A stretch of DNA of 64,000 nucleotides from Myxococcota bacterium (GTDB lineage: Bacteria > Myxococcota_C > UBA6777): positions 63 to 64,062 of the forward strand of contig JAKLKB010000021.1 of NCBI GenBank assembly GCA_023150835.1, given 5' to 3'. This document shows, one piece after another, positions 10,100 to 18,487 of this stretch. Position numbers and translations under genes: made by a program. Every line of letters begins with the position of its first letter. The stretch's first letter is position 1. Below the pieces are notes generated by a model. The model made no database searches. It had not been told where the DNA came from and saw only the letters and a list, made by a program, of their open reading frames with translations.

Positions 10100-10160
10100 T
10101 TTGTGGGGCTTTTGCCCCACGCCCCACAAGGGGTCGCAGCCCCCTTGACCCCGTGTAGGC
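10100..10160 (+). repeat. REP-like element, family 2 (GTGGGGC-TTTT-GCCCCAC hairpin followed by ...GCCCCCTTGACCCC)
   Basis: A 7 bp stem hairpin lies at 10103-10120, followed by cccttgacccc. Related copies are at 35801-35860 (same orientation) and 39199-39260 (inverted). A partial copy is at about 76-105. Confidence 0.7.
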
Positions 10161-10292
10161 GGGGCGATCAGATGTTTTTCAAACGAATGACGGCTCCGCT
10201 TGGAGTGGCGCGAACACGGGTTTTGGGAAACAAGCTGCACCGATCAACATGGGTTCTGATCTTTGGGTGGATTTGTAGGAAAGGAGCGGAGG

Positions 10293-11057
10293 ATGGTGGG
10301 TCGATTGAACGAGAAGGTGGCGATCGTGACAGGCGGGAGCCGAGGCATCGGCGAAGCGATCGCACGGGCTTTTGCGGGTGAAGGTGCAAGGGTGGTGATC
10401 GCATCGCGCAAGATCGAAGGACTCGAACAAGTCGCTGCGTCGATCAACGCGGATTATCCCGGGGCGGTGTTTGCAAAGGCTTGTCATCTCGGAAAAGCCG
10501 AAGAGATCGCGGCCTTGGTGGATTGGGTGGAAAAAGAAGTGGGGGTGGCGGAAGTGCTTGTGAACAACGCAGCCACGAATCCTTATTTAGGGCCGATGTT
10601 GATGACGCCGGATGGTGCGTGGGAAAAGACCTTCGAGGTGAATGTGAAGGGATATTTTGTGGCAACTCGCGAGGTGGTGCAGCGCTTGTTGGCGCGTGAT
10701 CGGGCGGGATCGATCATCAACATCAGCAGCGTGTTTGGGATGGGTGCTGCACCGTTGCAAGGGGTGTACGGGATGACGAAAGCGGCGATCATCTCGATGA
10801 CCAAGACGCTCGCCGCAGAGCTCGGGCAAGCCAAGATCCGTGTAAATGCCGTGGCTCCGGGCCTTGTGGAGACGTACTTTGCGGCGGCGATCGTGCAAGA
10901 TGAGACGATGCGTGGGCACTTTACTTCGCGTGCGCCGCTGGGGCGTTATGCGCAACCCAAGGAGATCGCGGGAGCGGTGGTCTATCTTGCTTCGGATGAG
11001 TCGTCTTTTGTGACGGGACAAACCTTTGCGTTGGATGGCGGATACACGAGCTCTTAG
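10293..11057 (+). CDS. SDR-family oxidoreductase (3-oxoacyl-ACP reductase-like)
   Basis: Cofactor motif VTGGSRGIGEAIA, NNAA, catalytic YGMTKAA (YxxxK), and a PGLVET segment. ATG 10293 is preceded by AAGGAGCGGAGG. Confidence 0.9.
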   Translation: MVGRLNEKVAIVTGGSRGIGEAIARAFAGEGARVVIASRKIEGLEQVAASINADYPGAVFAKACHLGKAEEIAALVDWVEKEVGVAEVLVNNAATNPYLGPMLMTPDGAWEKTFEVNVKGYFVATREVVQRLLARDRAGSIINISSVFGMGAAPLQGVYGMTKAAIISMTKTLAAELGQAKIRVNAVAPGLVETYFAAAIVQDETMRGHFTSRAPLGRYAQPKEIAGAVVYLASDESSFVTGQTFALDGGYTSS

Positions 11058-11258
11058 CACACCGATCCGACCAAAGCAGACAGCAGGGGCTGGATGAGGC
11101 GCATGGAGAGAGTCGGCTGTAGAGCGCCGCACGACGGGGAAAAAGCGATGCTTTTTAGAGAGAGAGGTTGGACAAAGTGGGGGGGGAGGTTCTATACTGC
11201 CTGACGCGCCGCGTTTTTGGCATCGTGAAAGTGTAGAGAGCAGCATTGCAGGACGAAC

Positions 11259-13838
11259 ATGTCACAGACACATCCCACCAGCGAAGAGATCTTGCTTGAT
11301 GACTTGCGGTTGGTCCGTCGGATCGCCACAGGGGGGATGGCCGAGGTTTGGGAAGCCCGTCAGATCGGCGTTCAGGGGTTTGAAAAGCGCCTTGCCGTCA
11401 AAGTGGTTTTGCCTCACTTGGTCGAAAATCAAGAATTTATCCATATGTTTCTCGACGAAGGCCGCCTTGCAGCGCGTCTGGATCATCCCAATGTCTGCCA
11501 GATCTACAAGCTCGGCCATGCGCAAAATGCCAACACGTATTATATGGCGATGGAATACATCGATGGTGTGGGGCTGAACACCATCTTGCGCGAGGCGGCG
11601 CGGCGCGGCTTGCCTCTTCCTTTCGAGCATTGTTGTCAGATCATGATCGGGGCGTGTGCGGGGTTGGATTACGCCCATTCTTGTACAGATGCACAAGGAC
11701 GCCCGCTACATCTGGTGCATCGAGATATCTCTCCACAAAACTTGATGATCACTTTTGATGGTGCGGTCAAAGTGGTGGACTTTGGGATCGCAAAAGCAGC
11801 GACACAGATCCAACACACACGCGCTGGGGTGGTCAAAGGCAAGTATGCCTACATGTCACCCGAACAGGCGACCGCTGATGTCCTTGATCAGCGCAGCGAT
11901 ATCTTTGCTTTGGGGGTGGTGTTGTGGGAGATGACGACGGGGCATCGGTTGTTTCGAGCAGACAACGAGATCGCAACGTTGCACAAGATCATTAGTGGCG
12001 ATTATCCGCCTCCCTCGGCGTATCGGGATAGTTATCCGCCTGCCCTTGAGATGATCGTGATGCGTGCGCTCGCACCGAACCGCGAGGAGCGCTACCAAAA
12101 TTGCGGTCAATTCCAAATGGATCTCGAAGATTTTCTGCTGCGTCATGGAATGGCCGCAGGCAGCAAGCGTTTGGCGCATTATGTCCGTTGGTTGATGTCA
12201 GGCGACGATCTGCCCGCTCCGACGGGTTCTGCCATCAGTCAAGCGTTTGATATCGGGGAGATGGGCTTGTCCACGCCTTCGCCGAGTCGTCCTGCGATCG
12301 GCATATATGCTCCGCCCGCTTCAACGCCCCTACCCACCGGCCATCTGATGCGACCCCCTCCAAGCGGGCCGATCCTACAAACTGCCACAGGAGCCCGACC
12401 GCTTTCCGGCCCCCACACAGGCCCGATGCAGCGAACGGGTTCTCTTGTCAAACCGCCCGTCGCCGAGGCCCCTACCGAAGGGCCTCCAAGAAGGCGTCGT
12501 CGTCGCGGAGGATGGGGGCTGATCTTCTTTTTGCTGTTGTTGTTTGCGGGGGGAGGAAGCTATCTGTATTACGCCTTTTGGAGCGGGCCGACTTCGACGC
12601 CTGAGACTTCGCCTCACTACTGGCTGATCCAAAGTCAGCCTCGGAACGCAGAACTCTTTGTCAACGGGATCTCTCAAGGCCGAACCCCCAAAGTGATCGT
12701 CTTTCCACAAAACAAACGCTTGATCCTCAAGATCTCCCTCAAGGGACATGAGCCTTATGTCCAACAGTTCAACCAAGTCAGCGAAGAACAAGTCCGACAG
12801 CCGCTCCAAGTCAAGTTGGTCCCAGAGTCCGAAGAGGCGGTCTTTGGTGAGATCGTGATCAATCTCCAGACGCCAAGTGCGCGAGTGATCTTGGACGGCG
12901 AGCAGATCAAGCCGATGGTACAGGGCAGCGGCATCTTTATGAAGAAGGCTCGGGCTGGGCGCACACACACGCTGGCCGTTGAAGCCGAAGGATTCGAGCC
13001 GTTTTTTCAATCGTTTCGAGTCGAAAAGGACAAGCGGTTTGATTTTCAAGTGCGCTTGAAACGCAGCAAACGCACCCAAACGCCCCGCCGAGCCGCTCCC
13101 CGCCGCCGAACCCCATCACGTCGAGAGCCCCCCCGCGAACGCTTGCCTGATCCCGGACTTCCGAACATCGACGAACCTACGCCGCGACGCGAAGAAACCA
13201 AAGAACAAGCGTGGCTTTCCGTTCAAAGCGAACCCGAAGGTGCCGAGGTCTGGCTCGACGGCAAACAAATCGGCACCACGCCGCTTTCTCGTACCGAAGT
13301 CCTTGCAGGAAAACACAAACTGATCTTGAAAAAAGCGGGCTACCAAACGATACAACGCGCTTTTTCCCTCTCTGCCGACGAATTAAAACCGTTGTCCTTT
13401 GAGCTACCACCCGCCCAAGAAGCCGCTTCGATCAAAGTGCAATTGGGAGCCTCCCCCAAAAGTCAAGTTTATCTCGACGGTCGTTATGTCGGTGTCACCC
13501 CGATCTACAACCACGAAGTGACTGAAGGCACACATGAGATCGAGTTCCGCACCCTCCGGTACGGAGCCTCCCACAAGATGTCCGTCTCCGTTCGCTCCCC
13601 AAGCCAGCGCATCTTTCATCGCTTTCCTACAGGCGAGCTTCATGTTCTGACCCGCCCCGCTGCTGTGATCTTCCTCAACAATACCAAGCTCGGACCCGCC
13701 AATCGCCCCCCCTACCGAGTGCCTGTCGGGACGTATGTGGTCCGCCTCGTCGCAGACAACGGAAAGTCCTTGATCGAACGCGGTGTTGTGGTCAAAGCCG
13801 ACCAAAAGACCAACCTCCGCAAAAAACTCGACCCCTGA
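11259..13838 (+). CDS. Ser/Thr protein kinase with a Pro-rich linker, a TM segment and C-terminal PEGA-like repeats
   Basis: Hanks kinase motifs are present: GGMAEVWEA, AVKV, HRDISPQNLM, DFGIAKA, YMSPEQ. The TM segment is WGLIFFLLLLFAGGGSYLYYAF. Repeated V(N/L)DG...G(R/T)TP blocks are typical of PEGA domains. Confidence 0.9.
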   Translation: MSQTHPTSEEILLDDLRLVRRIATGGMAEVWEARQIGVQGFEKRLAVKVVLPHLVENQEFIHMFLDEGRLAARLDHPNVCQIYKLGHAQNANTYYMAMEYIDGVGLNTILREAARRGLPLPFEHCCQIMIGACAGLDYAHSCTDAQGRPLHLVHRDISPQNLMITFDGAVKVVDFGIAKAATQIQHTRAGVVKGKYAYMSPEQATADVLDQRSDIFALGVVLWEMTTGHRLFRADNEIATLHKIISGDYPPPSAYRDSYPPALEMIVMRALAPNREERYQNCGQFQMDLEDFLLRHGMAAGSKRLAHYVRWLMSGDDLPAPTGSAISQAFDIGEMGLSTPSPSRPAIGIYAPPASTPLPTGHLMRPPPSGPILQTATGARPLSGPHTGPMQRTGSLVKPPVAEAPTEGPPRRRRRRGGWGLIFFLLLLFAGGGSYLYYAFWSGPTSTPETSPHYWLIQSQPRNAELFVNGISQGRTPKVIVFPQNKRLILKISLKGHEPYVQQFNQVSEEQVRQPLQVKLVPESEEAVFGEIVINLQTPSARVILDGEQIKPMVQGSGIFMKKARAGRTHTLAVEAEGFEPFFQSFRVEKDKRFDFQVRLKRSKRTQTPRRAAPRRRTPSRREPPRERLPDPGLPNIDEPTPRREETKEQAWLSVQSEPEGAEVWLDGKQIGTTPLSRTEVLAGKHKLILKKAGYQTIQRAFSLSADELKPLSFELPPAQEAASIKVQLGASPKSQVYLDGRYVGVTPIYNHEVTEGTHEIEFRTLRYGASHKMSVSVRSPSQRIFHRFPTGELHVLTRPAAVIFLNNTKLGPANRPPYRVPVGTYVVRLVADNGKSLIERGVVVKADQKTNLRKKLDP

Positions 13839-13886
13839 ACGTTTCTTTCCACAAAAACTTGATCCTCGAAAATCCCTTCCTCTTTT

Positions 13887-13918
13887 TTTGTCAGAATCGA
13901 TCCTCTTCGTACGTTTGA
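13887..13918 (+). promoter_or_regulatory. Candidate sigma70-type promoter / shared regulatory motif (copy 1)
   Basis: The sequence is TTTGTCAGAAT-N11-GTACGTTTGA. It contains TTGTCA (13888-13893), a 16 nt spacer and TACGTT (13910-13915). The same two blocks recur at 15861-15892. This copy lies 87 nt upstream of ATG 14002. Confidence 0.35.
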
Positions 13919-14001
13919 GGAAGTGAAGGTTGAAGAGATGGTACTCTCCACAAATCAACCTTTGTTTTTCCTTTTCTTTTCTCTTTTTGGAGACAAAAAC
14001 C

Positions 14002-14325
14002 ATGAAAACCCAGTACGAAGTCCAGTCCAACCCCCAACTTTCTCCTGTTCTTCCCCTTGAGGCCGTGCAAGCCTACTTGTTTGCGTTGGTCGATCACGGC
14101 GCAATCGAAGGCCGCGTTGGACGCCAAAGCCTGATCGCTGAACTCGAACCAGCACTCGATATCATCCACCAGATCCTCGCAGGTGCCGAACTCAAGATCC
14201 ACGTCGAAGTCATCCGCGAACCCGAACCTTTGATCCTCGAAGAACTCGAACAAAAGCGCCGCGTTGCCGAAAAAAAGGCCAATGAACTGAATGCGATGCT
14301 CGGTATGTCTCACGTCGTTGTCTGA
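14002..14325 (+). CDS. Hypothetical small acidic protein
   Basis: ATG 14002 is preceded by GGAGA at a spacing of 8 nt. The 107 aa product (MKTQYEVQSNPQ...) matches no family I recognise. It sits directly upstream of the sensor kinase gene. Confidence 0.5.
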   Translation: MKTQYEVQSNPQLSPVLPLEAVQAYLFALVDHGAIEGRVGRQSLIAELEPALDIIHQILAGAELKIHVEVIREPEPLILEELEQKRRVAEKKANELNAMLGMSHVVV

Positions 14326-14340
14326 TGGCTTTGGTCTGCT

Positions 14341-15855
14341 TTGGACCTTGTTCTCCGCTTTTTCCCCACCGTGAGCCTCTATTCTCCTGCCTTTTTTTCT
14401 TTCAAATCGCGCTGTTTTCTCCTGATTGTTTGGATTGTCGGAACGCTTTGCTTGTGGCAAAGTGGCGAGAACATCCTCTCGTCGAATGCGCAGGAGAACA
14501 ACGCCGTGGCTTTTTTCCGCCTTCCTTTGTTTCTTAAACGCTCTTTTGCCCGATGGTTGCGTCAACAAGATCTGCGCTTTCTTGCGGATGCTGCAACACT
14601 GCGCTCATGGGTGCAGGCCCTTGCTTTCGTCGTGTTGCTTTTGCTTCTGTTAACGCAGCCCCCCCTCATCCGCACCTTTATGGGTTTGTCTTTTTGGACG
14701 GCATTGTTGTGCTTTTTTCCAGCTTTCTTGGTAGGATCTCTGATCCATATTCAGAAAAACATACCTCCACCAATCGTCGCGGTTTGTACGTTGGGGACAT
14801 CCGCAGGGGTGTTTTTCTTTTGTATGTCTTTGATGGTTTTGGCCAAACCGACGGCGGGGATGTTGTTTGGTATTTTTTATCTTTTCGCGGTGGCTTTTTA
14901 TGGTTGGCTCTTGCGAGCGACGCCGCAGACACCTTTTCCATTATTTAGCCTTTGGCTTGGGACGTTGGGGGCTTGGTGGCTTGACCAGAACGGCTTTTTT
15001 TGGATCTTCGCGGCTTTTTTGTTGCCGATCAGCACACCTGTGATGTTTTGGTTTGGGGGGTGGGCTTGTCAGTCGGATCTGCGAAAGCGAGAATACGAAA
15101 ACTTGCGCGAGACGTTGTTTACGCAAAATCGGTTGGAGCAATCAGCGCAAGTCGAGACGATGCGCCGCTCTTTGACCAAGATCTTGAGTTATGTTCATGA
15201 ACTCAACAACCAGCTTCAGCCGATCGTGTCGGGCGCGTGCATCCTCCAAGACGATTCGGTTCAAGAAAATATCCCTGAACAAGCAAGAGAAGTTCTTCGC
15301 GATCTGGATGGTGCTGTGCGGCGCGTGGTGGAGATATCGCGTGTGCTGCATCGTGGTCGGATCGGGGAGGACGAGCGCGCTCATGCTCTGATCCACACGG
15401 AGGTTTGTGTTGCGCTCCAAAGGGTTGTGGAGCGTGTACAAAAGATGTATCCGAGCGTGCAGATCCAATTGGAGCTTCCGACCTCCGTGCTGTCGCTGCC
15501 GATCAGCGGAGGAGAGACAACCTTGCATCGGATCGCAGAAAATCTGCTCTTGAATGCTTGTCAGGGCCAAGACGGGCGCAACGGAGCAAAGCACGTCTGG
15601 CTGCGTCTGCGTTATGACGCCGCACAACACGAGCTTTTTTTGGAAGTGGAGGACGACGGTGTGGGCTTGCCGCCGTATTTGATTGAGCAGGGGCCGTCGT
15701 TGATGGTGTCCACGAAAGGGGAGGCAGGGACGGGGCTTGGGCTATACAACGTGAGTTTGCTTGCGCGCACCAACGGGGGAGAGTTGCGCTTGGCGAATCG
15801 CCGAGAAGGTGGGGCGTCGATCTCGGTGAGTATGCGTTTTCCTTCGGAATTCTAA
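14341..15855 (+). CDS. Membrane-bound sensor histidine kinase
   Basis: The N-terminal half is multi-TM. The H-box-like motif is LSYVHELNNQLQPI. HATPase_c motifs are LLLNACQG, EVEDDGVGLP and GTGLGLYNV. The start (TTG 14341) is uncertain. Confidence 0.8.
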   Translation: MDLVLRFFPTVSLYSPAFFSFKSRCFLLIVWIVGTLCLWQSGENILSSNAQENNAVAFFRLPLFLKRSFARWLRQQDLRFLADAATLRSWVQALAFVVLLLLLLTQPPLIRTFMGLSFWTALLCFFPAFLVGSLIHIQKNIPPPIVAVCTLGTSAGVFFFCMSLMVLAKPTAGMLFGIFYLFAVAFYGWLLRATPQTPFPLFSLWLGTLGAWWLDQNGFFWIFAAFLLPISTPVMFWFGGWACQSDLRKREYENLRETLFTQNRLEQSAQVETMRRSLTKILSYVHELNNQLQPIVSGACILQDDSVQENIPEQAREVLRDLDGAVRRVVEISRVLHRGRIGEDERAHALIHTEVCVALQRVVERVQKMYPSVQIQLELPTSVLSLPISGGETTLHRIAENLLLNACQGQDGRNGAKHVWLRLRYDAAQHELFLEVEDDGVGLPPYLIEQGPSLMVSTKGEAGTGLGLYNVSLLARTNGGELRLANRREGGASISVSMRFPSEF

Positions 15856-15860
15856 AAAGA

Positions 15861-15892
15861 TTTGTCAGAATGTTTGGCCTTTGTACGTTTGA
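15861..15892 (+). promoter_or_regulatory. Candidate sigma70-type promoter / shared regulatory motif (copy 2)
   Basis: TTTGTCAGAAT-N11-GTACGTTTGA, identical in both conserved blocks to 13887-13918. It contains TTGTCA at 15862-15867 and TACGTT at 15884-15889. It lies 38 nt upstream of ATG 15927. Confidence 0.35.
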
Positions 15893-15926
15893 TTGGATAG
15901 AAAAGATCAGCGTATGGAGGTGAAAC

Positions 15927-16661
15927 ATGAGCGAAGTTTGGGTGGTTCGTCATGCGAGAATCTATGTATTTAAGCAGAAGATGGATCGGTTTTCTCGTGC
16001 GCTTTTAGGAAAAGTGCTCAATGCAGCGCGTCCTGCAAATCTACAGTATTTTTGGGAAATTGGATCGGATGCGGGATTAAATAAGCAGGTTCTTACGGCG
16101 CGTTGTGTTGCATTGTTTTTCTTGTTTGCATGGGCGAACTTGACGGATGACTTGGTGGATGGGGACGGCTCGTACGTGGAAGATCCTGATCGTTATGGGC
16201 CGATCTTGTTGTATCTTTTGCGGAGCCTTGCGGATCAAGTGGCTTTTGAGGGGGGCGAAGTGACGACGAAGGCGTGGTCTGCGCTCAATCAGCGGCTTGT
16301 GGTATGTGCGGCGTTGGGATTGGAAGAAGTGCAGAAAAAGCCGTGGGATCAAGGTCGTTGGTTGTCTGTTGCGCGTGGCATCGCGGGTGCGCAACACGCT
16401 GCATATTTGAGGCTGCTGTGGGATGGGACGGCGTGGGCATCGATGAGCGAAGAGATCGGTGAAGATGTGGGCTTATTGTCGCAGTATTACCATGACGAGA
16501 AAAGCGAAGATCCGCGTTTGTGTACATTGTCTGAGGCGGATCGTTTCGCGGTGTTGGTGCAGATGAAAGAGCGCGCAAGAGCGTTGTGGGGGCGCGCAAA
16601 AGAAGCAGGAATTCATGGCTTGTGCTTGTTGATCGAGTCGATGGGATGGGAGGTGAAGTGA
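15927..16661 (+). CDS. Hypothetical all-alpha protein with polyprenyl-synthase-like Asp-rich motifs
   Basis: 244 aa. FFLFAWANLTDDLVDGD resembles the first DDxxD motif of trans-prenyltransferases and class I terpenoid enzymes. GLLSQYYHDEKSED resembles a degenerate second GxxFQxxDDxxD motif. The stop codon overlaps the next start codon (TGATG). Confidence 0.6.
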   Translation: MSEVWVVRHARIYVFKQKMDRFSRALLGKVLNAARPANLQYFWEIGSDAGLNKQVLTARCVALFFLFAWANLTDDLVDGDGSYVEDPDRYGPILLYLLRSLADQVAFEGGEVTTKAWSALNQRLVVCAALGLEEVQKKPWDQGRWLSVARGIAGAQHAAYLRLLWDGTAWASMSEEIGEDVGLLSQYYHDEKSEDPRLCTLSEADRFAVLVQMKERARALWGRAKEAGIHGLCLLIESMGWEVK

Positions 16662-17503
16662 TGGAAACAACAGCGTACTATCAGGAAAAAACGCGGCGAA
16701 TTTTGGAAAAATACGGCCCGGGGCCGCGAGTGCATTACCATCTGGGTGTGTATGAAGAAGGTGTGCAAGGCGCGCAACAGCTTGATTTGTTGCAACGGCA
16801 GATCACACAAGGGCAAGAAGATATGATGGCGGTGGCTTCGGAGTGTTGGGGCGTACCATCGTCTTTGCGAGGGAAGCGTGTGTTGGATGTGGGAGCAGGT
16901 TTGGGAGGTGCTTCTTTGTGGATGGCGGGGCACAAGGGAGCGCAGGTCGATGCGCTGGTGCAGTGCCGCGAGCATGGCGAGATCATTCGTGGATTTGCTG
17001 CGCTGAGTGGGTTGGGAGAGCAGATCGGGATTTGTGTTGGGGATGCGCATGAAACGCCATGTGTCGGGCTGGCGCAGTACGATGCTGTGATGGCGATGGA
17101 GAGTCCTTGTTATCTTGATCGGTGGGTGTGGATGCAGCATCTTTCGCGCTTGTTGCGTGAGGATGGAGTGATCTGGATCGAGGATGTTTTTCTTACAGAA
17201 AGCGCAAGCACCGAAGCGAAAAGCTTCTTTGATCGGTATTGGAAAACAGATATCGGGACGATTCAAAGCTATCTTTTGTCTGCAAAGGCTGCTGGTTTTG
17301 CTGTAGAGATTCGAGATATAACAGAAAAAACGATGCCCTTTTGGTCTTTAAGTGCTGAATGGATTCGTTTGGCTTATGCAAGAGAAAAAGAAGAAAAGAA
17401 ACGTGCTTGTTTGTCTAGATCTTTGGATGCTGCGCTGTTTCATTTGGATGGTTGGCGTTCACAGCAATTTTGCATCGCGTTGTTGGCGTTGCGTCGGGCA
17501 TAA
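16661..17503 (+). CDS. Class I SAM-dependent methyltransferase
   Basis: Motif I is VLDVGAGLGGASLWMA, preceded by VHYHLGVYEE. That pre-motif resembles the one seen in tocopherol/sterol/prenyl-diphosphate C-methyltransferase-like enzymes. ATG 16661 is preceded by GGGAGG and is translationally coupled to the upstream ORF. Confidence 0.85.
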   Translation: METTAYYQEKTRRILEKYGPGPRVHYHLGVYEEGVQGAQQLDLLQRQITQGQEDMMAVASECWGVPSSLRGKRVLDVGAGLGGASLWMAGHKGAQVDALVQCREHGEIIRGFAALSGLGEQIGICVGDAHETPCVGLAQYDAVMAMESPCYLDRWVWMQHLSRLLREDGVIWIEDVFLTESASTEAKSFFDRYWKTDIGTIQSYLLSAKAAGFAVEIRDITEKTMPFWSLSAEWIRLAYAREKEEKKRACLSRSLDAALFHLDGWRSQQFCIALLALRRA

Positions 17504-17602
17504 GGGAAGGAAGATGAAGGGATACAAGCCCCATCAGTCGGGGTTTGCAGCGACGGGATTATCGTGTCGGGCGTAAGGGAAGGAAGGTGAAGGGATGCAA
17601 GC
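17493..17602 (+). repeat. Duplication of a 37 bp stop/RBS/start segment (A-B-A layout, 73 bp period)
   Basis: gtcgggc(a/g)taagggaaggaag(a/g)tgaagggat(a/g)caagc occurs at 17493-17529 and 17566-17602. Copy 1 carries the methyltransferase stop codon. Copy 2 carries the GNAT start region. Confidence 0.9.
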
Positions 17603-18470
17603 GTTATCGAGATGTGCGTGGCGTGGTGCGCTTGAAGAGAATCTGTTGGCGTGTTTGCGAGCGTCGCTTGGTGGGCAGCAAGGGCGCGAAGTTTTCGAGG
17701 AGGGGAGCGGATGGAGTGCGTACCGATCGGGCCTTGCGTTTCCTGCATACAACGGGATCGTGTACTGTCAGGATGGATTCTGTGAAGATTCAAGACTTTT
17801 AAAACGTGTTGCAGACTTTCAGGCTGAGGGTTTGCCGTTTGTGGTCTCCGCCGCTTCTTCGTACGATCTGCCGGTGTTGTGGTGTCGGCGTTTGGGTTTG
17901 GTGTCGGCGGGTTCTGTTGCGGCGATGGTTCGGGAGGTTCGTGAGATGCCTTTGGTGGATCATCCTGTGGAGTTGGAGATCGTGCGTGTGGGGGACGAAG
18001 AGGTCTTGGGCGATTGGGTGCGTGTGCAATGCCGAGGCTTTGGCTTTCCAAGCTGGCTGGAGGAAAGCACAAAGCGTTTGTTGTCAGGGGTATACGAACG
18101 CCAAGGAGTGTCGTTGTATTTGGGGCGTTGGCGAGGAATCTCCGTTGCGACATCGATGGGCGTCCGAAGCGGCGATCTGATGGGGATTTATAACGTTGCG
18201 ACACTTCCGGTTGCACGTTGTCGTGGTATCGGGCAAGCGATGACTGCGTGTGTTTTGGGAGAGGCTTACAAGCAAGGGGCGTCCAAGGTTGTTTTGCAGT
18301 CGAGTGCTGCGGGAGAATCGCTGTATCGGCGGATGGGTTTTTTGACGGTGGGTGGGTTCGAGCATTACGTGTGGGCGTCGTGGCGGCAATGGGTGGGTTT
18401 GGTGTTTCATGGGGCGTTTCACCAGATAGCAAGCGCATGGCAGCAGCGTTTTGGGCGGCTGCCTGCATGA
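17595..18470 (+). CDS. GNAT-family N-acetyltransferase
   Basis: 291 aa. The acetyl-CoA binding motif A is VATLPVARCRGIGQAMT, and YRRMGF lies near the C-terminus. ATG 17595 is preceded by GAAGGTGAAGGG. Confidence 0.8.
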   Translation: MQALSRCAWRGALEENLLACLRASLGGQQGREVFEEGSGWSAYRSGLAFPAYNGIVYCQDGFCEDSRLLKRVADFQAEGLPFVVSAASSYDLPVLWCRRLGLVSAGSVAAMVREVREMPLVDHPVELEIVRVGDEEVLGDWVRVQCRGFGFPSWLEESTKRLLSGVYERQGVSLYLGRWRGISVATSMGVRSGDLMGIYNVATLPVARCRGIGQAMTACVLGEAYKQGASKVVLQSSAAGESLYRRMGFLTVGGFEHYVWASWRQWVGLVFHGAFHQIASAWQQRFGRLPA

Positions 18471-18487
18471 GAGGGCGGTGGATGGGG

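Noticed and set aside
11168-11198. TTGGAC ... TATACT as a promoter for the PEGA kinase gene
   Set aside because: The spacer is 19 nt, longer than functional sigma70 promoters usually tolerate. I kept it only as a note.
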